The notes under the pieces are model-generated. The model saw only the letters and a list, made by a program, of their open reading frames with translations. It had not been told where the DNA came from and did no database searches. 64,000 nucleotides of DNA from the human T2T-CHM13v2.0 reference genome, Homo sapiens. Position numbers and translations under genes: made by a program. Shown here piece after piece: positions 54,601-64,000 of the stretch; position 1 is the stretch's first letter; each line of letters starts with the position of its first letter. The DNA is taken from assembly GCF_009914755.1 (NCBI RefSeq), contig NC_060927.1; one strand, 5' to 3'.

Positions 54601-56444
54601 AATTTTGTATCCAGTGAAACTAAGCTTCATAAATGAAGGAAAGATAGTTGTTTTTTTTTTTTCCAGACAAACAAATTCTGAGAGGATTCGTCACTACCAA
54701 AAAACCCGACGTATTCAGGCAACAATTAGCATGACGAATGGAATAGTACCTCACTTCTCAGTACTAATGTTGAATGTAAGTGGCCTAAATGCTCTACTTA
54801 AAGGAAACAGAATGTCAGAATGGATAAGAATTCACCAATCAAATATCTGCTGTCTTCAACACATAAGGACTCACATAAGCTTCAGGTAAAAAGATGGAAA
54901 AAGGTATTCCAGGCAAATGGACACCAAAAGTGAGCAGGAGTAGCTACTCTTATATCAGACAAAACAGACTTTAAAGCAACAACAGTTAAAAAAGACAAAC
55001 AGGGACATTATATAATGATAAAAAGACTAGTCCCAAAGGAAAAGATCACAATCATAAATATATATGAACTGAACACTGGAGGTCCCAAATCTATAAAACA
55101 ATTACTACCGGCTCTAAGAAATGAGATAGACAGCAACACAATAATAGTGGGAGACTTCAATACTCCACTGACAGCACTAGACAGGTCATTAAAACAGAAA
55201 GTCAGGGATTGTTGGCAAGATGGCCAAATAGGAACAGCTCTGGTCTACAGTTCCCAGTGAGATTGATGCAGAAGGTGGGTGATTTCTGCATTTCCAACTG
55301 AGGTACCCAGTAAAACTCACTGGGACTGGGTCAGGGAACTCCCGCCCCTAGCCAAGGGAAGTCGTGAGGGACTGTGAATGGTGCACTGTGATCCAGATAC
55401 TGCACTTTCCCCACAGTCTTTGCAACCCGCAGACCAGGAGATTCCCTCTGGTGCCTACACCACCAGGGCCCTGGGTTTCAAGCACAAAACTGGGTGGCCG
55501 TTTGGGCAGACACTGAACCAGCTGTGGGAATTTTTTTTCATAACCCAGTGGCACCTGGAATGGTTCACTCCCTTGGAAAGGGGGCTGAAGCCAGGGAGCC
55601 AAGTGGTCTGGCTCAGCAGGTCCCACCCCCACGGAGCCCAGCAAGCTGAGATGTATGGCTTGAAATTCTCGCTGCCAGCACAGCAATCTGAGGTTGACCT
55701 GTGACACTTGAGCTTGGTGGGGGGAAGGGGCATCCACCATTGCTGAGGCTTGAGTAGGCGGTTTTCCCCTCACAGTGTAAACAAAGCCGCCTGGAAGTTT
55801 GAACTGGGTGGAGCCCACCACAGCTCAGCAAGGCATTTGTGGCCAGACTGCCTCTCTAGATTCCTCCTCTCTGGGCAGGGCATCTCTGAAAAAAAGGCAG
55901 CAGCCCCAGTCAGGGGCTTATAGATAAGACCCCCATCTCCCAGGGTCATAGCACCTGGGGGAAAGGGCGGCTGTGGGCACAGCTTCAGCAGACATAAATA
56001 TCCCTGCCTGACAGCTCTGAAGAGAGCAGCGGATCGCCCAGCACAGCATTCAAGCTCTGATAAGGAACTGACTGCCTCCTCAAGTGGGTCCCTGACCCCC
56101 ATGTATCCTGACTGGGAGACACCTCCTAGTAGGGGCCGACAGACATCTCATACAGGAAAGCTCTGGCTGGCATTTGGTGGGTGCCCCTCTGGGACAAAAC
56201 TTCCAGAGGAAGAAACAGGCAGCAATCTTTGCTGTTCTGCAGCCTCCACTGGTGATACCCGGGAAAACAGCGTCTTCAGTGGACCTTCAGCAAACTACAG
56301 CAGACCTGCAGTAGAGGGGCCTGTTAGAAGGAAAACTAACAAACAGAAAAGAATAAAATCAACATCAACAAAAAAGACATCTACTCAGAGACCCCATCCA
56401 AAGGTCACTAACGTCGAAGACCAAAGGTAAATAAAGCCACAAAG

Positions 56445-57234
56445 ATGGGGAGAAACCAGCATAAAAAGGCTGAAAATAGCAAAAACCAGAATGCGTCTTC
56501 TCCTCCAAAGGATCACAACTCCATACCAGGAAAAGAACAAAACTAGATGAAGAATGAGTTTGATGAATTGACAGAAGTAGGCTTCAGAAGGTGGGTAATA
56601 ACAAACTCCTCCGAGCTAAAGGAGCATGTTCTAACCCAGTGCAAGGAAGCTAAGTACCTTGAAAACAGGTTAGAGGAATTGCTAACTAGAATAATCAGTT
56701 TAGAGAAGAACACAAATGACCTGATGGAGCTGAAAAATACAGCACGAGAACTTTGTGAAACATACACAAGTATCACTAGCCAAATCAATCAAGAGGAAGA
56801 AAGGATATCAGAGATTGAAGATCAACTTAATTAAATAACGTGTGAAGACAAGATTAGAGAAAAAAGAATGAAAAGGAATGAACAGAGCCTCCAAGAAATA
56901 TGGGACTATGTGAAAAGACCAAACCTACATTTGACTGGTGCACCTGAAAGTGACAGAGAATGGAACCAAGTAGGAAAACACTCTTCAGGATATTATCCAG
57001 GAGAACTTTCCCAACCTAGCAAGACAGGACAACATTCAAATTCAGGAAATACAGAGAACACCACAGATACTCCTCAAGAAGAGCAACCCCAAGAAACACA
57101 ATTGTCAGATTCACCAAGGTTGAATGGAGGAAAAAATGTTAAGGACAGCCAGAGAAAAACTGCTCCTGAAGGAAGCACTAAACATGGAAAGGAACAACTG
57201 GTATCAGCCACTGCAAAAACATACCAAATTGTAA
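56445..57234 (+). pseudogene. L1PA7 ORF1 remnant (stops, frameshift, ~230-bp deletion at ~57160)
   Basis: atggggagaaaccagc start; MKNEFDELTEVGFRRWVITNSSELKEHV and MKRNEQSLQEIWDYVKRPNL fragments. Confidence 0.9.
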
Positions 57235-57296
57235 AGACCATTGACACTACGAAGAATCTGCATCAACTAACAGGCAAATAACCAGCTAGCAAAATA

Positions 57297-61117
<3,821 letters not shown>

Positions 61118-64000
61118 ACAATGAGAACACATGGAAACAAGGAGGAGAACATCACACACTGTGGCCTGTCAGGGGGTGGGGGGCTAGGAGAGGGATAGCA
61201 TTAGGAGAAATACTTAATGTAGATGACAGGTTGATGGGTGCAGCAAACCACCATGGCACGTGTTTACCTATGTAACAAACCGGCATGTTCTGCACATGTA
61301 CCTCAGAACTTAAAGTAAAAAACAAACAATAAACCACAGAAAGTCAACAAAGAAACAGTGGACTTAAACTATACCCTAGAACACATGGACTTAACAGATA
61401 TTTACAGGACATTCTACCCAAGAACTGCATAATATGCATTTTATTTATCAGCACATGTAACATTCTCCAAGATAGACCATATGATAGTCAACAAACCAAG
61501 TTTCAGTAAATTTAAGAAATTCGAAATTATATCAAGTACTCTCAGACCGCAGTGGAATAAAACTGGAAATCAAGTCCAAAAGGAACCCTCAAAATCATGC
61601 AAATACATGGAAATTAAATAACCTGCTCCTCAGTGATCTTTGGGTCAACAATGAAATAAAGATGGAAGTTAAAAAATTCTTTGAACTGAACGACAATAGT
61701 GAACTATCAAAACCTCAGGGATACAGCAAAAGTGGTGGTAAGAGGAAAATTCATAGCATTGAATGCCTACATCAAATAGCCTGAAAGTGCACAAATAGAC
61801 AACCTAAAGTCACACCTCAAGGAACTAGAGAAACAAGAACAAATCAAACTCAACCCCAACAGAAGAAAAGAAATAACAAAGATCAGAGCAGAATTAAATG
61901 AAACTCAAACAAACAAACAAACAAACAAAAAACCACAAAAGATAAATGAAACAAAAAGCTGGTTCTCTGAAAAGACAAATAACATTGATAAACCACTAGT
62001 GAGATTAACCAAGAAAAGAAGAGAGATGATCCAGATAAGATCAGTTAGAAATGAAATGAGAGATATTGCAACAGATACCACAGAAATACACAAGATCATT
62101 CAAGGGTACTATGAACACCTTTACATGCATAAACTAGAAAACCTAGAAGAGATGGATAAATTCATGGAAATATACAAGCCTCCTAGATTAAACTAGGAAA
62201 AAATAGAAACTGTGAACAAACCAATAATAAGCAGTGAGATTGAAGTGGTAATTAAAAAATGGCCTACAAAAAAAAAAAAGTTCAGGACCAGAGCAATTCA
62301 CAGCTAAATTCTATCAGACATTCAAAGAAGAATTGGTACAAATCCTATTGACACTATTCCAAAATACAGAGAAAGAGGGAATCCTCTCTAAATCATTTAT
62401 GAAGACAGTATCACCCTAATACCAAAACTAGGAAACGACATAACAAATATCTACGTCATCTGTGACAAACCCATAGCCAATATAATACTGAATGGGGAAA
62501 AGTTGAAAGCATTCCCTGTGAGAACTGGAACAAGTCAAGGATGCCCACTTTCACCCCTTCTATTCAACACAATACTGGAAGTTCTAGCCACAGCAAGCCG
62601 ACAAGAGAAAGAAAGGACATCCGAATTAGTAAAGAGGAAGTCAAACTGTCACTGTTTGCCCATGTTATGATTGTATACCTAGAAAACCCTAAAGACTCAT
62701 CCAAAGAGTGCCTAGAAATAAATGATAAATAAATTCAGCAAAGTTTTAGGACACAAAATTAATGTACACAAATTAGTAGTTCTGCTATACACTAACAGCA
62801 ACCAAGCTGAGAATCAAATAAAGAACTGAATCCCGTTTACAATAGCTGCAAAAAAAAAAAAAAAAAAAAAAAAAGACACTTAGGAATATACCTAACCAAG
62901 GAAGTGAAAGACCTCTGAAAGAAAACTACAAAACACACCTGAAAGAAATTATAGATGACACTAACAAATGGAAACACATCCCTTGCTCATGGATGGGTAG
63001 AATCAATATTGTGAAAATGACCATACTCCCCAAAGCAATCTACAAATTCAGTGCAATTCCCATCAAAATACCACTATCATTCTTCACAGGACTACAAAAA
63101 ACAATCTTAAAATTCATAGGGAACCAAAAAGAGCCTGCATAACCAAAGCAAGACTGAGCAACAAAAAGCAAATCTGGAGACATCACATTACTGGACTTCA
63201 AACTATACAATAATGCCATAGTTATCTAAACAGCACAGTATGGGTATAAAAATGGACACATATACCAGTGGAACAGAATAGAGAACCCAGAAATAAAGCC
63301 AAAACTTAACAGCTAAGTGATCTTCGACAAAGCAAACAAAAAAGTAAACTGGCAAAAGAACACTCTATTCAACAAATGGTGCTGGGATAACTGGCAAGCC
63401 ACATGTAGAAGAATAAAGCTGGATCCTCATCGCCCACCTTACACAAAAATCAACTCAAGATGGATCAAAGACTTAAATCGAAGATCTGAAACTGTAAAAA
63501 TCCTAGAAGATCACATAAGAGAAACCCTTCTAGACACTGGCTTGGGCAAATACTTCATAACCAAGAACCCAAAAGCAAATGCAACAAACACAAAGATAAA
63601 CAGATGGGACTTAATTAAACTGAAAAGCTTCTGCAGAGCAAAAGACACAATAAGCAGAGTAAACAGACAACCCACAGAATAGGAGAAAACCTTTGCAATA
63701 TATACATACGATTATGTACTAATATCCAGAATCTACAAGGAACACAAACAAATCAGCAAGAAAAAAAAACAATTTCATCAAAAAGTGGGCAAAGGCCATA
63801 AATACACAATTCTTAAAAGAAGATATACAAATGGCCAACAAACATACAAAAAATACTCAACATGACTAATTATTAGGGAACTGCAAATCAAAACTACAAT
63901 GCAATACCACCTTACTCCTGCAAAAGTAACTATAAAAAAAACAGGTGTTGGCATGGATGTAGTTAAAAGGGGACACTTTTACACTGTTGGTGGGAATGTA

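Noticed and set aside
55015-55260. ORF fusing L1PB1 endonuclease to a novel C-terminus
   Set aside because: Read-through across the L1PA7 insertion junction in a dead element
62850-62874. A25 tract as an element end
   Set aside because: L1PB ORF2 continues colinearly on both sides; expansion of an internal A-run

Overview
Non-coding, repeat-rich genomic DNA of a catarrhine primate (human or ape; AluY, AluS, AluJ and L1PA elements are present). I cannot support any intact protein-coding gene, RNA gene or CRISPR array. The listed ORFs are L1 ORF1/ORF2 debris, Alu or microsatellite read-throughs, or chance ORFs. Positions 1-40 kb alternate unique AT-rich DNA with MIR, L2, L1M and MaLR fragments, and include a two-LTR MLT1A0-type provirus and a ~880-bp TA-rich array. 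Positions 40-64 kb are almost all L1, in two nested stacks. In the first, an old L1ME hosts an L1MA7-like element, which hosts an antisense full-length L1PA15-like element, which hosts an AluSc. In the second, an L1PB1-like element hosts a full-length L1PA7-like element with a clear TSD. All three RT catalytic motifs present are dead (FADN, FAED, FAHV). I found no convincing new biological system. The most unusual signals are a ~200-bp self-templated patchwork insertion in the L1PA15 ORF1 (with two smaller similar scars in LTRs), an AluY with reversed (weak-to-strong) mutation bias, a hybrid MaLR LTR, a hierarchically expanding TA minisatellite, a hairpin with a splice donor in its loop, and several candidate exons and enhancers. 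Subfamily names come from my recall of consensus sequences, not a search. Boundaries of old repeats are approximate (tens of bp).
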